This document shows, in pieces, positions 47,245 through 56,205 of a stretch of 64,000 nucleotides of DNA. The notes under the pieces were generated by a model. It had not been told where the DNA came from, did no database searches, and saw only the letters and a program-made list of their open reading frames with translations. The position numbers and the translations under genes are program-made. This stretch comes from a virus: the IMG/VR virus record IMGVR_UViG_3300015263_000627. One strand, written 5' to 3'. Every line of letters begins with the position of its first letter. Within the stretch, counting starts at the first letter, position 1.

Positions 47245-47392
47245 GGAAGCCGTCGAAAATTTTATCAAGAATGATCGTCAATGGACTCGTCCTATGCGGA
47301 TAGCTCATGCGAAATATCAGCTATCCATCGCCAAAAACGCCGATGATAAGGAATTTTGGACGGAAATTCTGAATCGTAATGAAGGGGAATGA
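47234..47392 (+). CDS. Hypothetical protein
   Basis: 52 aa with AAGG RBS. Confidence 0.5.
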   Translation: MLNKEAVENFIKNDRQWTRPMRIAHAKYQLSIAKNADDKEFWTEILNRNEGE

Positions 47393-47393
47393 A

Positions 47394-47876
47394 ATGAGTC
47401 ATACAGTCTCTAATCACGACGAAATCATCGATTCACGCGATGTTATCGATCAGCTTGAAACGTTGGAAGATCAGTATCAAGAATTGAAGGATGCTGTTCA
47501 AGATTCATCCGATCAAATAGATACTATCGATGATGAAGATAATGAATATGATAAAAAAGAACTTATAGAAAGTTATGAAAGTGCCAAGATATCCTTAGAA
47601 CTTTGGGAGCAGGATAATCTTGCTGAATTGAAGGTTTTGCGAGATTTTGCCGAAGAAGGTGAATCATTGTCGCGAGATTGGCGGCATGGCGAAACCCTGA
47701 TTCGTGAGGATTATTGGGTCGATTATGTGAAACAAATGCTTGAGGATTGTGGCGACCTTCCCCGCGATCTTCCGGACTATATCGAAATTGATTGGGATAA
47801 AACCGCCAATAATATTGCGATGGATTATTCTACATTGGAATTTGATGGGGTAACTTACTATATTAGGAGTTCGTGA
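47394..47876 (+). CDS. Acidic ArdA-like antirestriction (DNA-mimic) protein
   Basis: Very D/E-rich; LPDYIEIDWDKTANNIAMDY resembles the ArdA C-terminal YIDYE.IARDL pattern. Confidence 0.65.
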   Translation: MSHTVSNHDEIIDSRDVIDQLETLEDQYQELKDAVQDSSDQIDTIDDEDNEYDKKELIESYESAKISLELWEQDNLAELKVLRDFAEEGESLSRDWRHGETLIREDYWVDYVKQMLEDCGDLPRDLPDYIEIDWDKTANNIAMDYSTLEFDGVTYYIRSS

Positions 47877-48028
47877 TGAATAAAGCAAAAAAGATTGTCG
47901 AAACCATTCTTGACGATATGACAGATCGTGGTGGATTGTCGGGAGTATGGGATATGATTGATGATGATATCCAAGAGGAAATCAAGGAAACTTGGGTCAA
48001 ATTAGTCGAAAAAATATTGAAAAAATGA
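47876..48028 (+). CDS. Acidic hypothetical protein (50 aa)
   Basis: Below the track cutoff; TGATG coupling. Confidence 0.5.
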   Translation: MNKAKKIVETILDDMTDRGGLSGVWDMIDDDIQEEIKETWVKLVEKILKK

Positions 48029-48198
48029 CCGATAAATACGTTGAAGTATTACGAAAAATAGCCGAGCAAAAACTACCGTCCGAAATGGATGATGGCGGCG
48101 AGGGTGCTGACTATGAATATGCCTATGAAGCTATTGTAAATCTTGCTCGTTATATTTTGAAAGATGATTCCAAAAATGAATCGCGAAAAGATATATGA
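48025..48198 (+). CDS. Acidic hypothetical protein
   Basis: ATGA overlap. Confidence 0.5.
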   Translation: MTDKYVEVLRKIAEQKLPSEMDDGGEGADYEYAYEAIVNLARYILKDDSKNESRKDI

Positions 48199-48505
48199 AC
48201 AGTATAAAGTAAAAATGGGTTTTATAGCTTCCCCCGGCAAGTTCGAGGGCGAGCCGGTATATGCTCCATATTTCTATGACATTTCCCTATATGATTGTGT
48301 AGAAATGTATAATGAGGATTGTTTTTCGGAGGTTATTATCAAAATTAAACCGGAAGATCGTGAAATGTTTCCGGAAATAACTGCCGTAGCCGAATATGTT
48401 AGTGTGCAGGAAAATGGTGATGGATTTGTAAAAATCCAACTATTAACTGAACAGGATTTTGAAAAAATCCAAGCCTATTATGAATTATGGGATAGTGATT
48501 TTTAA
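48164..48505 (+). CDS. Acidic hypothetical protein
   Basis: 113 aa, last gene of the early operon. Confidence 0.6.
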   Translation: MIPKMNREKIYEQYKVKMGFIASPGKFEGEPVYAPYFYDISLYDCVEMYNEDCFSEVIIKIKPEDREMFPEITAVAEYVSVQENGDGFVKIQLLTEQDFEKIQAYYELWDSDF

Positions 48506-49053
48506 GAGCCGTAATTACAAAGCCATCCTTTATGATGGTTATATTTACCTTTTGCAACATGAGTAAGAGCCGCTTGAGAAAGATTGTATTCTCTTGAAAA
48601 TTTACTTAAATTACGAATTTTAAATACTTTATTTTGAGGACTAATTAATATATAATTTTTAGATCGAAGATTGGCGTTTTTAGCAGCAATATTTGGTAAT
48701 TTCATTGGATTGTTTTTATACATTCTTTCTTTTACATGAGGTAAATTATTAGGATTACGTTTATCAAACATATATGGTCCTGCTCCACCACTTCCTTCTT
48801 CTATCCGGAGGTTTGCCCATTGATCAGATTCGACAATATTCCAGACTTTAGAGTAAAAAGTACCAGCTTCTTTTAATTCTTCGGGGGTATTATAAGTTCC
48901 AACAATATAGGTGGATATATCAGTACCATGAATTTTTATATGATTTTTCCAATATTTTCCTGATCCATTATATTGGTAAGGATTATGTTTAGTATAACCC
49001 AAATATTTCAATCTAGTTTTATTATGTTGTTTGATATAAAGATAAAACATCAA
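48502..49053 (-). mobile_element. GIY-YIG homing endonuclease downstream of the spanins
   Basis: FYLYIKQHNKTRLKYLGYT...YNGSGKYW; C-terminal HVAKGKYNHHKGW DNA-binding motif. Confidence 0.85.
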
Positions 49054-49352
49054 TTTTTGAATCTTCGTTTAGCATTTGTATAAAATTGTTTAAGAGAAGC
49101 CATACTTGCACCACATACCTTATTGTTTTCATCTAATCGAACAATTAATCGAGCTACCTCTAAATCTGTAAGAGTTTCAGGTTTAGGTAAATTAGCTAAT
49201 TGTGGACAAGAATACATACTATCCGGGGGAGCAACCACGATGTATTTGTCCTGCACGATAATTTGGGGAGGATTCATAAATTTAGCAAGACTTTCACAAC
49301 CACCTAACATCGATCCTAAACCAATAATTAATAATATTCTAAACATGATCAT
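49050..49352 (-). CDS. Outer-membrane spanin (Rz1-like lipoprotein)
   Basis: Lipobox LGGC after a hydrophobic signal; Pro-rich; terminal Cys-containing helix. Confidence 0.75.
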   Translation of the reverse strand: MIMFRILLIIGLGSMLGGCESLAKFMNPPQIIVQDKYIVVAPPDSMYSCPQLANLPKPETLTDLEVARLIVRLDENNKVCGASMASLKQFYTNAKRRFKN

Positions 49353-49759
49353 TTTCCTAATTGTCTAATTGTTTCTTTTAATATTTGAGAAGATTCTCGA
49401 TTTGCCTTAGCCGCTTCGGTAGAATCAAGAAATGCATCCAATTTATCATTTTTAGTATTAATATTTTGAATAGTTGCTGCTAATTCGGCGGATAATCTCT
49501 TTTCTGCCTCAACCAAATATTTGGTATCTTCGGCAAATTGTTTTTGGTTTTTTAAAACCTGTTCTAATTGTGCTTTTTGATCTTTTAGTAATTGGGTTTG
49601 AGAAGCATTATGGGAAATTGACCAATACAGACCAGAAATCAAAGCGATAACTCCAATTCCCAATAGTAAATATCCTGAAAGTTCAGCCCAAATACTCCCA
49701 AGACCGGTCCAAACTGCTATACCTGCACCTTTAATAACCTTCAAAAAAGACATTGACAA
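49349..49759 (-). CDS. Inner-membrane spanin (Rz-like)
   Basis: N-terminal TM then a long coiled coil; 4-nt overlap with the lipoprotein; CCTAAATA late promoter upstream. Confidence 0.75.
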   Translation of the reverse strand: MSMSFLKVIKGAGIAVWTGLGSIWAELSGYLLLGIGVIALISGLYWSISHNASQTQLLKDQKAQLEQVLKNQKQFAEDTKYLVEAEKRLSAELAATIQNINTKNDKLDAFLDSTEAAKANRESSQILKETIRQLGK

Positions 49760-49781
49760 CCTCCACCAAATGATATATTAT
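49753..49781 (+). promoter_or_regulatory. Sigma70-like promoter for the deacetylase operon
   Basis: TTGACA-17-TATTAT. Confidence 0.7.
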
Positions 49782-49806
49782 ATTTAGGACAACGGAGAAT
49801 ATAAAA

Positions 49807-50511
49807 ATGAAACTGACTACCCTATTTACTCTTTTTCTTATGATAGCAACTCCAACCTTGGCGGCTGAATGTATTCCGTCCCGGGTTGCTGGTCCTAATC
49901 CTATGGATAAGGTAGGCGAGGAATATGGTAAAACTGTTTCAAGTTTAAAAGATCATCAAGTTATTTTAACATTTGATGATGGTCCAAGTCCGGGAAATAC
50001 CCAAAGAGTTTTGGAAATTTTGAAAAATAATTGTATTTCGGCAGTATTTTTTGTTATTGGAGAAAAAGCACAACGGCATCAAGAGTTAGTCCGGATGATG
50101 GCTAATTATGGTCATATTGTTGGTTCTCATTCTTGGAGCCATCCCCAACCGTTCAATCGATTTTCCAATGTTGTAACAGCATCAGAAATAGATAATGGAG
50201 CCAGTATTGTTCATCAACTTGTGCCGAATAATGACCGATCATTTTTTCGTTATCCGGGATTTGGACACAATTCTTTTACCGAACATTATACTGAACGACA
50301 AGGTTTAACTGTATGGGGAGCCAATATTGATCCTAAAGATTGGAAAGAACCGGGAACAGAAACTTTAGTTCAACGCATTCTTTCGCAGCTATCTAAATTA
50401 CACCGAGGAATTATAGTTCTTCATGAAAATCATACAACTACAGTAGCAGCTTTACCATCTATTATAAAAAGCTTGCGTGAGAATGGTTATGAAATAGTGG
50501 GGATTTTTTGA
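49807..50511 (+). CDS. Polysaccharide deacetylase (NodB/CE4 family), secreted
   Basis: Signal peptide; TFDDGP, HSWSHP, RYPG, IIVLHE. Confidence 0.93.
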   Translation: MKLTTLFTLFLMIATPTLAAECIPSRVAGPNPMDKVGEEYGKTVSSLKDHQVILTFDDGPSPGNTQRVLEILKNNCISAVFFVIGEKAQRHQELVRMMANYGHIVGSHSWSHPQPFNRFSNVVTASEIDNGASIVHQLVPNNDRSFFRYPGFGHNSFTEHYTERQGLTVWGANIDPKDWKEPGTETLVQRILSQLSKLHRGIIVLHENHTTTVAALPSIIKSLRENGYEIVGIF

Positions 50512-50750
50512 TCTATCTTCTAGCATTTTTGGCAATGTTTGCTTTGGATTTTGTATGGGCATATTATACAAAGTCCATTCAAGATAATGCTATTATGATG
50601 GCAGGAATAACTGCCATGCTTATCCTACTTTTGAATAGTGCGGTTACTTTGAGCTATGTTGATGATCAATGGGCGATCATTCCAGCAGCTTTAGGGGCAT
50701 TTTTAGGCACTATTTCCGCCATGAAACTACATGGACCATCAAAAAGCTAA
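50508..50750 (+). CDS. Small multi-pass membrane protein
   Basis: Three hydrophobic segments. Confidence 0.6.
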   Translation: MIYLLAFLAMFALDFVWAYYTKSIQDNAIMMAGITAMLILLLNSAVTLSYVDDQWAIIPAALGAFLGTISAMKLHGPSKS

Positions 50751-50761
50751 ATATTAAAAAG

Positions 50762-50950
50762 GTGGATCATGATTTTGAATACCAAAAAAAAACTGTTATC
50801 AATTTGGATGAAAAAGCCTATGAGGATTTCATCCGATATATCAATAGTCCACCCAAACCGTCAAAGGTTTTAATTGATTTGATGAAACGTGTCACCCTAT
50901 GGGAGAAAAACAAAAAGGATGCGACCAATGACTTTATTTCAGAAGATTAA
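50762..50950 (+). CDS. Small protein resembling the C-terminal part of DUF1778 (TacA-type antitoxin)
   Basis: TVINLDEKAYEDFIRYINSPPKPSKVLIDLM; start uncertain (GTG 50762). Confidence 0.45.
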   Translation: MDHDFEYQKKTVINLDEKAYEDFIRYINSPPKPSKVLIDLMKRVTLWEKNKKDATNDFISED

Positions 50951-51371
50951 AGATATTTTGTTCGCCAAATCTGAGCATGATAAATTCTTCGAAGAATATA
51001 CAGAATATATGAAAGATATAGCAAAAAATTCTGCTCAAACGGATAAAATAATCGAAGAAATTCAATTAATGCTCAAGAAAATAAAAACAAAAGAAAAACA
51101 AATGGCAAATACCACAATTCAAAACATTATTGAACCTGATTCCCTACCAAAACCTGTCGATATTAGTGAAATCAATATCGAGGTTCCGGAAATGATGATC
51201 CAGCAAGCCGCAGGATCAATTGGAGGGGTCAATAATTTCGTCCGATTATTACAAACGGCGAATTTATATAGAGAAGCCAATTTGACCCCGATTTATCTAA
51301 CCAATGCGTCCCAAACCGCTTTGCGGGTTGTTGCCCGAGAATTTTTAGAAAATCCGTATATTATCAACTAA
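50928..51371 (+). CDS. Hypothetical protein
   Basis: 147 aa from ATG 50928 with AAGGA RBS. Confidence 0.6.
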   Translation: MTLFQKIKDILFAKSEHDKFFEEYTEYMKDIAKNSAQTDKIIEEIQLMLKKIKTKEKQMANTTIQNIIEPDSLPKPVDISEINIEVPEMMIQQAAGSIGGVNNFVRLLQTANLYREANLTPIYLTNASQTALRVVAREFLENPYIIN

Positions 51372-51378
51372 AAAGGTC

Positions 51379-51407
51379 TTGACAATCCCCTCTAAATACA
51401 TTATACT
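51379..51407 (+). promoter_or_regulatory. Overlapping early (TTGACA-17-TATACT) and late (CTAAATA) promoters for hsp20
   Basis: Both motifs lie within one 29-nt stretch. Confidence 0.6.
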
Positions 51408-51476
51408 ACTACCATATACCATAGATGCCAATAATGGGTCTATAAAATATCAACTCGCTTATAAAGGAGAAACAAT

Positions 51477-51968
51477 ATGTTTAGTAACCTTCCGTCTATT
51501 TCTGACCAATTCAACAAATATTTCCTTGGCTTTGACGATATGTTCGAGCGTTTGCAGGATTTTGGGGTCAGTGTCCAACATGAAGTCGCCAAAAATTGGC
51601 CACCTTTTAATATCGTAAAGAATAAAGAAAATTCCTACACCATTGAAATGGCTGTAGCAGGTTTCGGCTCTAACGATATCAATGTTGAAATGGGCGATGG
51701 CACCTTGACCATTACAGGCAAGATGCAATCAACTGATGAAAAGGATACCGGTAATTATCTATTCAAGGGAATTGCCGAGCGATCCTTCACCCGCAAGTTT
51801 AGTCTTGCCGACACTGTTGAAGTGAAAAATGCTGAATTAGTCAATGGTATGCTAAAGGTTTATCTTGACAATCTAGTGCCTATGGCAAAAGCTATCAAGA
51901 AAATCCCAATTCTCAATGGAAACGGGAAAACCGAAGATACTCGCGAACTATTGAACGAGAAAGCGTAA
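51477..51968 (+). CDS. hsp20: Small heat shock protein (Hsp20/IbpA-like)
   Basis: WPPFNIVK, IEMAVAGF, GIAERSFTRKF, NGMLKV. Confidence 0.96.
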   Translation: MFSNLPSISDQFNKYFLGFDDMFERLQDFGVSVQHEVAKNWPPFNIVKNKENSYTIEMAVAGFGSNDINVEMGDGTLTITGKMQSTDEKDTGNYLFKGIAERSFTRKFSLADTVEVKNAELVNGMLKVYLDNLVPMAKAIKKIPILNGNGKTEDTRELLNEKA

Positions 51969-52123
51969 TGTGTCGGAGATTGAATGAGGGATTCAAGGAA
52001 GCATTCAAAAGGCTCTTTGGTCCTAAGAATGAATTGGAAGATTATATAAAAGGGTCCACCAGTATTGCGGAAATAGAACGCCGCCAACAGGAATGGCACT
52101 TTGATCTTCACAATTATCGCTAA
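51968..52123 (+). CDS. Small hypothetical protein (51 aa)
   Basis: TAATG coupling to hsp20; SIAEIERRQQEW. Confidence 0.5.
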   Translation: MCRRLNEGFKEAFKRLFGPKNELEDYIKGSTSIAEIERRQQEWHFDLHNYR

Positions 52124-52147
52124 TTTATAATAACCAAATAATACTAT

Positions 52148-52173
52148 GGGGGGGCGTTTTGCTCCCCCTTTTT
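52148..52173 (+). terminator. Intrinsic terminator
   Basis: GGGGGGGC-GTTT-GCTCCCCC followed by a T-run. Confidence 0.8.
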
Positions 52174-52175
52174 AC

Positions 52176-52204
52176 TTGACTTTGCCATATTATTCAAGTA
52201 TAAT
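52176..52204 (+). promoter_or_regulatory. Sigma70-like promoter for gp43
   Basis: TTGACT-17-TATAAT. Confidence 0.8.
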
Positions 52205-52227
52205 AGAGGATTATCAAAAGGACAAAT

Positions 52228-54750
52228 ATGGCATTTTTCTATACAAACGTATATCAGCGATCCAATAAAATATACATTCGGGGTTATAATAACGACAAAC
52301 GTTTTCAAGACGTTGCCGATTATGAACCATATTTATTCATTCCAGACAAGGATGGCAAATCAGACTACCATACCTTACAAGGTGAACCGGTAAAAAGAAT
52401 ATCTTTCAATTCTATAAAAGAAGCCCGAGATTTCGTAAAGAAATACGAAGATGTTGAAAATGCCGCTTTTTATGGTATGACCAATTTCCAGTATGTAGCC
52501 TTGAACGACGAATTTCCGGGGATGATCGATTATAATCCCAAGGTTATTTCTGTTGCTTCACTCGATATCGAAGTTCATTCTCCCAACGGATTTCCAGACG
52601 TTGATAAAGCTGATCAAATGGTATCGGCTATTACACTAATCAAACGAGACAAGATCATCACATTTGGATTGAAAGCTTTTACACCATCTGATCCCAATGT
52701 TACCTATATTCTTTGTGATGATGAAAAGGATTTGTTGAAAAAATTTATTGCTATCTGGAGTGATGATCATCCGGATGTGGTTACCGGCTGGAATATTGAA
52801 ATGTTTGATATTCCCTACCTAGTCAACCGAATCCGCAAATTACTTGGTAACAAATGGGTCAATCTTCTTTCGCCATATGGATTCGTTTATCCACGCGAAA
52901 TAATTCGGGGAAAGTATGCCAGTTCCAATTTTGATGACCGAAAAGAAATCGTTTATGATATCACTGGTATTTCCCAATTAGACTATCAACAGCTTTATCG
53001 TAAATTCACTTTCACCAACCATGAAAGTTATGCTCTTGGGCATATTGCTTTTGTGGAATTGGGTGAGAAGAAAATCGACTATTCGGAAGTCCGATCCTTG
53101 GCTGAATTGTATGAGAAGGATCACGACAAATATATAAATTATAACGTCCGGGACGCCGTATTGGTGGACAAGCTAGAAAAGAAACTTGGTTTCATTCAAC
53201 TAGTGTTTGCTTTGGCATACAAAGCTAAAATCAATTACGTTGATGCTTTGACTACCCTTCGTCCATGGGACGTGATCATTCACAATCATTTGATGGAAAA
53301 AAAGATAGTTATTCCGCAAGCATTCAATCAGGATATGCGTCCGTTTGAGGGAGCCTATGTGAAAGACGTTCAAATCGGAATGCATCGATGGGTGGTATCC
53401 TTCGACTTGAACTCTCTATATCCGTCTATTATTTCGCAATGTAACATTTCACCTGAAACGATGGTAAAGAAAATTGAAATTCCATCCATTGATGAAATTC
53501 TCAAGACCAAATCAATCAATACTAAAGATTTTGATAACATCAATATGCTAAAGGATTGTGAACTATCATTGGTCGCCAACGGTTGGTGTTATATCCGAGA
53601 GAAAAAGGGTTTCCTTGGAGAACTGGTCGATATTTTTATTGCTGATCGTTCTTCCATCCGAAAAGAAATCAAGGTTTTACAAAAAGAAAACAATTCCAAG
53701 AACGAAAACAAAATCTCTCAATTACATAATTACCAGTGGGCGCTAAAGATTTTGACCAATGGTTTGTATGGAGCCTTGGGTAACCGTTATTTCCGTTGGT
53801 TCAATGTTGATCTTGCCGAATCAATTACCAAAACAGGACAATTAGCTGATCGATGGATTGCCGATGCACTCAATGATTATCTCAATAAAGAGCTATCTTC
53901 TCAAGATATGGATTACATTATCGCGGGAGATACTGATTCCGTCTATATCAATCTTGAACCGCTGGTCCAAAAGAACTTTGCATCACTCGATGATACAAAG
54001 CGGATCGTTGAATTTTTGGACAAGGTATGTAAGGAAAAACTGGAACCTTTTATTAAGCGACAGTATCTATCTCTTGGCGAGATGCTTAATTCTTATAACC
54101 AAAAACTGATAATGAACCGGGAAGCTATCTGCAATAAAGCAATCTTCCGGGGCAAAAAAATGTATATTCTCAATGTCTGGAATAGTGAAGGTATTGCCTA
54201 TGAAAAACCCAAGCTGAAAATCAAGGGTATTGAAGCTGTCCGTTCCAGCACCCCTATGGTTTGTCGTAATTCTATTCGGGAAGCTTTAAGTGTTATCATG
54301 AACAAGGAAGAAACTGATTTGCATCAGTTTGTTGCTGAGTTTGAAAAGAAATTCATGGAACTACCATTCGAAGATATTGCTTTTCCCCGAACCTTGAACA
54401 ATTTGGAAACCTATTATGATCCAAATACATTGTTCAAATTGCATTGTCCTATCCATGTGCGAGGATCGATCCTTTACAATAAATTGTTGCAGGATAAAAA
54501 GCTTACATCCAAATATCAAGTTATTCATAATAAGGATAAAATCAAATTTGCTTATTTGAAAAAACCCAATCCAATAAATGAACATGTTATAGCTGCCTAT
54601 AATGAACTACCCGAGGAATTAGGATTGACTAAATACATTGATCATGATATGCAGTTTGAAAAGGCATTTCTATCGCCAATTCGTTCCATTACTTCCATTA
54701 TCGGCTGGAACACCGAAAAACAAAACACATTACTAGGATTTTTTCAATAA
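52228..54750 (+). CDS. gp43: Family B DNA polymerase
   Basis: LDIEV exonuclease, SFDLNSLYP, KILTNGLYGALG, AGDTDS. Confidence 0.99.
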   Translation: MAFFYTNVYQRSNKIYIRGYNNDKRFQDVADYEPYLFIPDKDGKSDYHTLQGEPVKRISFNSIKEARDFVKKYEDVENAAFYGMTNFQYVALNDEFPGMIDYNPKVISVASLDIEVHSPNGFPDVDKADQMVSAITLIKRDKIITFGLKAFTPSDPNVTYILCDDEKDLLKKFIAIWSDDHPDVVTGWNIEMFDIPYLVNRIRKLLGNKWVNLLSPYGFVYPREIIRGKYASSNFDDRKEIVYDITGISQLDYQQLYRKFTFTNHESYALGHIAFVELGEKKIDYSEVRSLAELYEKDHDKYINYNVRDAVLVDKLEKKLGFIQLVFALAYKAKINYVDALTTLRPWDVIIHNHLMEKKIVIPQAFNQDMRPFEGAYVKDVQIGMHRWVVSFDLNSLYPSIISQCNISPETMVKKIEIPSIDEILKTKSINTKDFDNINMLKDCELSLVANGWCYIREKKGFLGELVDIFIADRSSIRKEIKVLQKENNSKNENKISQLHNYQWALKILTNGLYGALGNRYFRWFNVDLAESITKTGQLADRWIADALNDYLNKELSSQDMDYIIAGDTDSVYINLEPLVQKNFASLDDTKRIVEFLDKVCKEKLEPFIKRQYLSLGEMLNSYNQKLIMNREAICNKAIFRGKKMYILNVWNSEGIAYEKPKLKIKGIEAVRSSTPMVCRNSIREALSVIMNKEETDLHQFVAEFEKKFMELPFEDIAFPRTLNNLETYYDPNTLFKLHCPIHVRGSILYNKLLQDKKLTSKYQVIHNKDKIKFAYLKKPNPINEHVIAAYNELPEELGLTKYIDHDMQFEKAFLSPIRSITSIIGWNTEKQNTLLGFFQ

Positions 54751-55172
54751 TGAGATTAGAACAATATTGTTATACACGTAAAGATTTCAAGATTGAATGG
54801 TTTTCGGGAACAGGTCCGGGTGGACAAAACCGAAACAAAGTTCAAACTTGTGTTCGTATAACACACATTCCAAGCGGTATAAAATCAATAGGACAGACTG
54901 AGCGAACCCGCACTGGTAATTTTCGTTTAGCCTTTCAAAACCTTGGAAAGAAAATAGAAATGTGGGTCAAAAAACAAATCGCTTTAGAATCTGTTCCCCG
55001 TAAAAAAATAGATGAACGAATAAGAACATATCATTTTGTGGATAATTGGGTCAAAGATCATCTATCTGGACATACCATTCCAGCTTCCCTTTTGGACAAG
55101 AAATTTGGGGAATTGATAACTGCTCGTAATATCGCAAAACACTTGGAGATAGTTAATGAAAGAATTTCTTAA
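54750..55172 (+). CDS. GGQ-motif release-factor-like peptidyl-tRNA hydrolase lacking codon-recognition domains
   Basis: GTGPGGQNRNKVQTCVRITHIPSGI and ERIRTYHF...VKDH. Confidence 0.88.
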   Translation: MRLEQYCYTRKDFKIEWFSGTGPGGQNRNKVQTCVRITHIPSGIKSIGQTERTRTGNFRLAFQNLGKKIEMWVKKQIALESVPRKKIDERIRTYHFVDNWVKDHLSGHTIPASLLDKKFGELITARNIAKHLEIVNERIS

Positions 55173-55575
55173 AGAAACTATTGGTCTAATTGTGTTGACT
55201 TTGTTGTTTGCTCTAGTATTTGGAGCATTCAATAAATCTCATGCCCGCACTTGGAAACAAGGCGCAATGCGATATATTCATTATCACAATAATTGCCATG
55301 CTGGTAGTAAACCTGTTATTGCTTCGTTTTATTGGCAGGGACAACGGCTGGCATCCGGGGGACGTTTCAATCCCAATGGACATTCAGTTGCCCATCGATC
55401 ATTGCCTTTTGGACATAAACTTCGAGTAACCAATCCTAAAAATAGAAAAAGTGTTTGGGTAGTAGTCAATGATCGCGGTCCTTATGTAAAAGGGGTAACT
55501 CTTGATTTATCACGCGGCGCTGCTCGCCATATCGGAATGACTAGCTCACAATATGTATGTGTGGAGGGACTATGA
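55156..55575 (+). CDS. RlpA-like double-psi beta-barrel lytic transglycosylase
   Basis: ASFY...ASGGRFN...AHRSLPFG...VNDRGPY...LDLSRGAA; N-terminal signal/TM. Confidence 0.9.
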   Translation: MKEFLKETIGLIVLTLLFALVFGAFNKSHARTWKQGAMRYIHYHNNCHAGSKPVIASFYWQGQRLASGGRFNPNGHSVAHRSLPFGHKLRVTNPKNRKSVWVVVNDRGPYVKGVTLDLSRGAARHIGMTSSQYVCVEGL

Positions 55576-55781
55576 CTATAGCACCCGAAGATCAAAAATT
55601 TTTGAAATTTCTTTTTTATACCGAAGGGGTGGATAGAGAAGCAGGATTTTGTTTGTTAGAAGGAAGATTTTTGGGTTATTTACATTATAAAACGATGTTA
55701 TATCTTATACTATATCCAATAATGTTTATATGGGAATTTTGTCGATTTATAAAATATAAAATATGGAGAAAAATACAATGA
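55572..55781 (+). CDS. Hypothetical protein
   Basis: GGAGG RBS; hydrophobic C-terminus. Confidence 0.45.
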   Translation: MTIAPEDQKFLKFLFYTEGVDREAGFCLLEGRFLGYLHYKTMLYLILYPIMFIWEFCRFIKYKIWRKIQ

Positions 55782-56038
55782 AAGAAAACGATTTCGGATT
55801 TACCTTTGTTGATGAAACTGAATACGAAACTTATGAACGTAGTCTGAAAGATCAACTATCAAAAATATCAACAACAACCGATATAACTCAAAAAAAGCTT
55901 GATCAGATTTTGGGGATTATTGCCCCATTCTTGAAACAACTTGCTTCCGACCCATCCAAGATTTATATCAAATGGGAAAATCGAAGCAATAAAATCAAGG
56001 AAATCCAAGACAAAATTGATAAAGTGTTAGGAACATAA
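55778..56038 (+). CDS. Hypothetical protein
   Basis: DFGFTFVDE...YIKWENR. Confidence 0.6.
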   Translation: MKENDFGFTFVDETEYETYERSLKDQLSKISTTTDITQKKLDQILGIIAPFLKQLASDPSKIYIKWENRSNKIKEIQDKIDKVLGT

Positions 56039-56194
56039 ATGGCACGTTCTGATACATTAACTGCAAAAGCAAATCGTTTACTTGTTCTTGGTGATTATGC
56101 AGTAAATCGTGCCGAGAGTCGCCGCCTCCTTAGAAAATGTCGCCATTATCGACGGTTGGCAAAAGAAGCTCGAAAAATAGAACAAAAGAAATAG
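56039..56194 (+). CDS. Small basic protein (51 aa)
   Basis: Below the track cutoff; AGGA RBS. Confidence 0.4.
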   Translation: MARSDTLTAKANRLLVLGDYAVNRAESRRLLRKCRHYRRLAKEARKIEQKK

Positions 56195-56205
56195 GAGAAT
56201 AAATT

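Noticed and set aside
10989-54750. Introns or inteins in gp17, gp46, uvsW or gp43
   Set aside because: Protein lengths and motif spacing look normal with no insertions; all endonucleases are intergenic.
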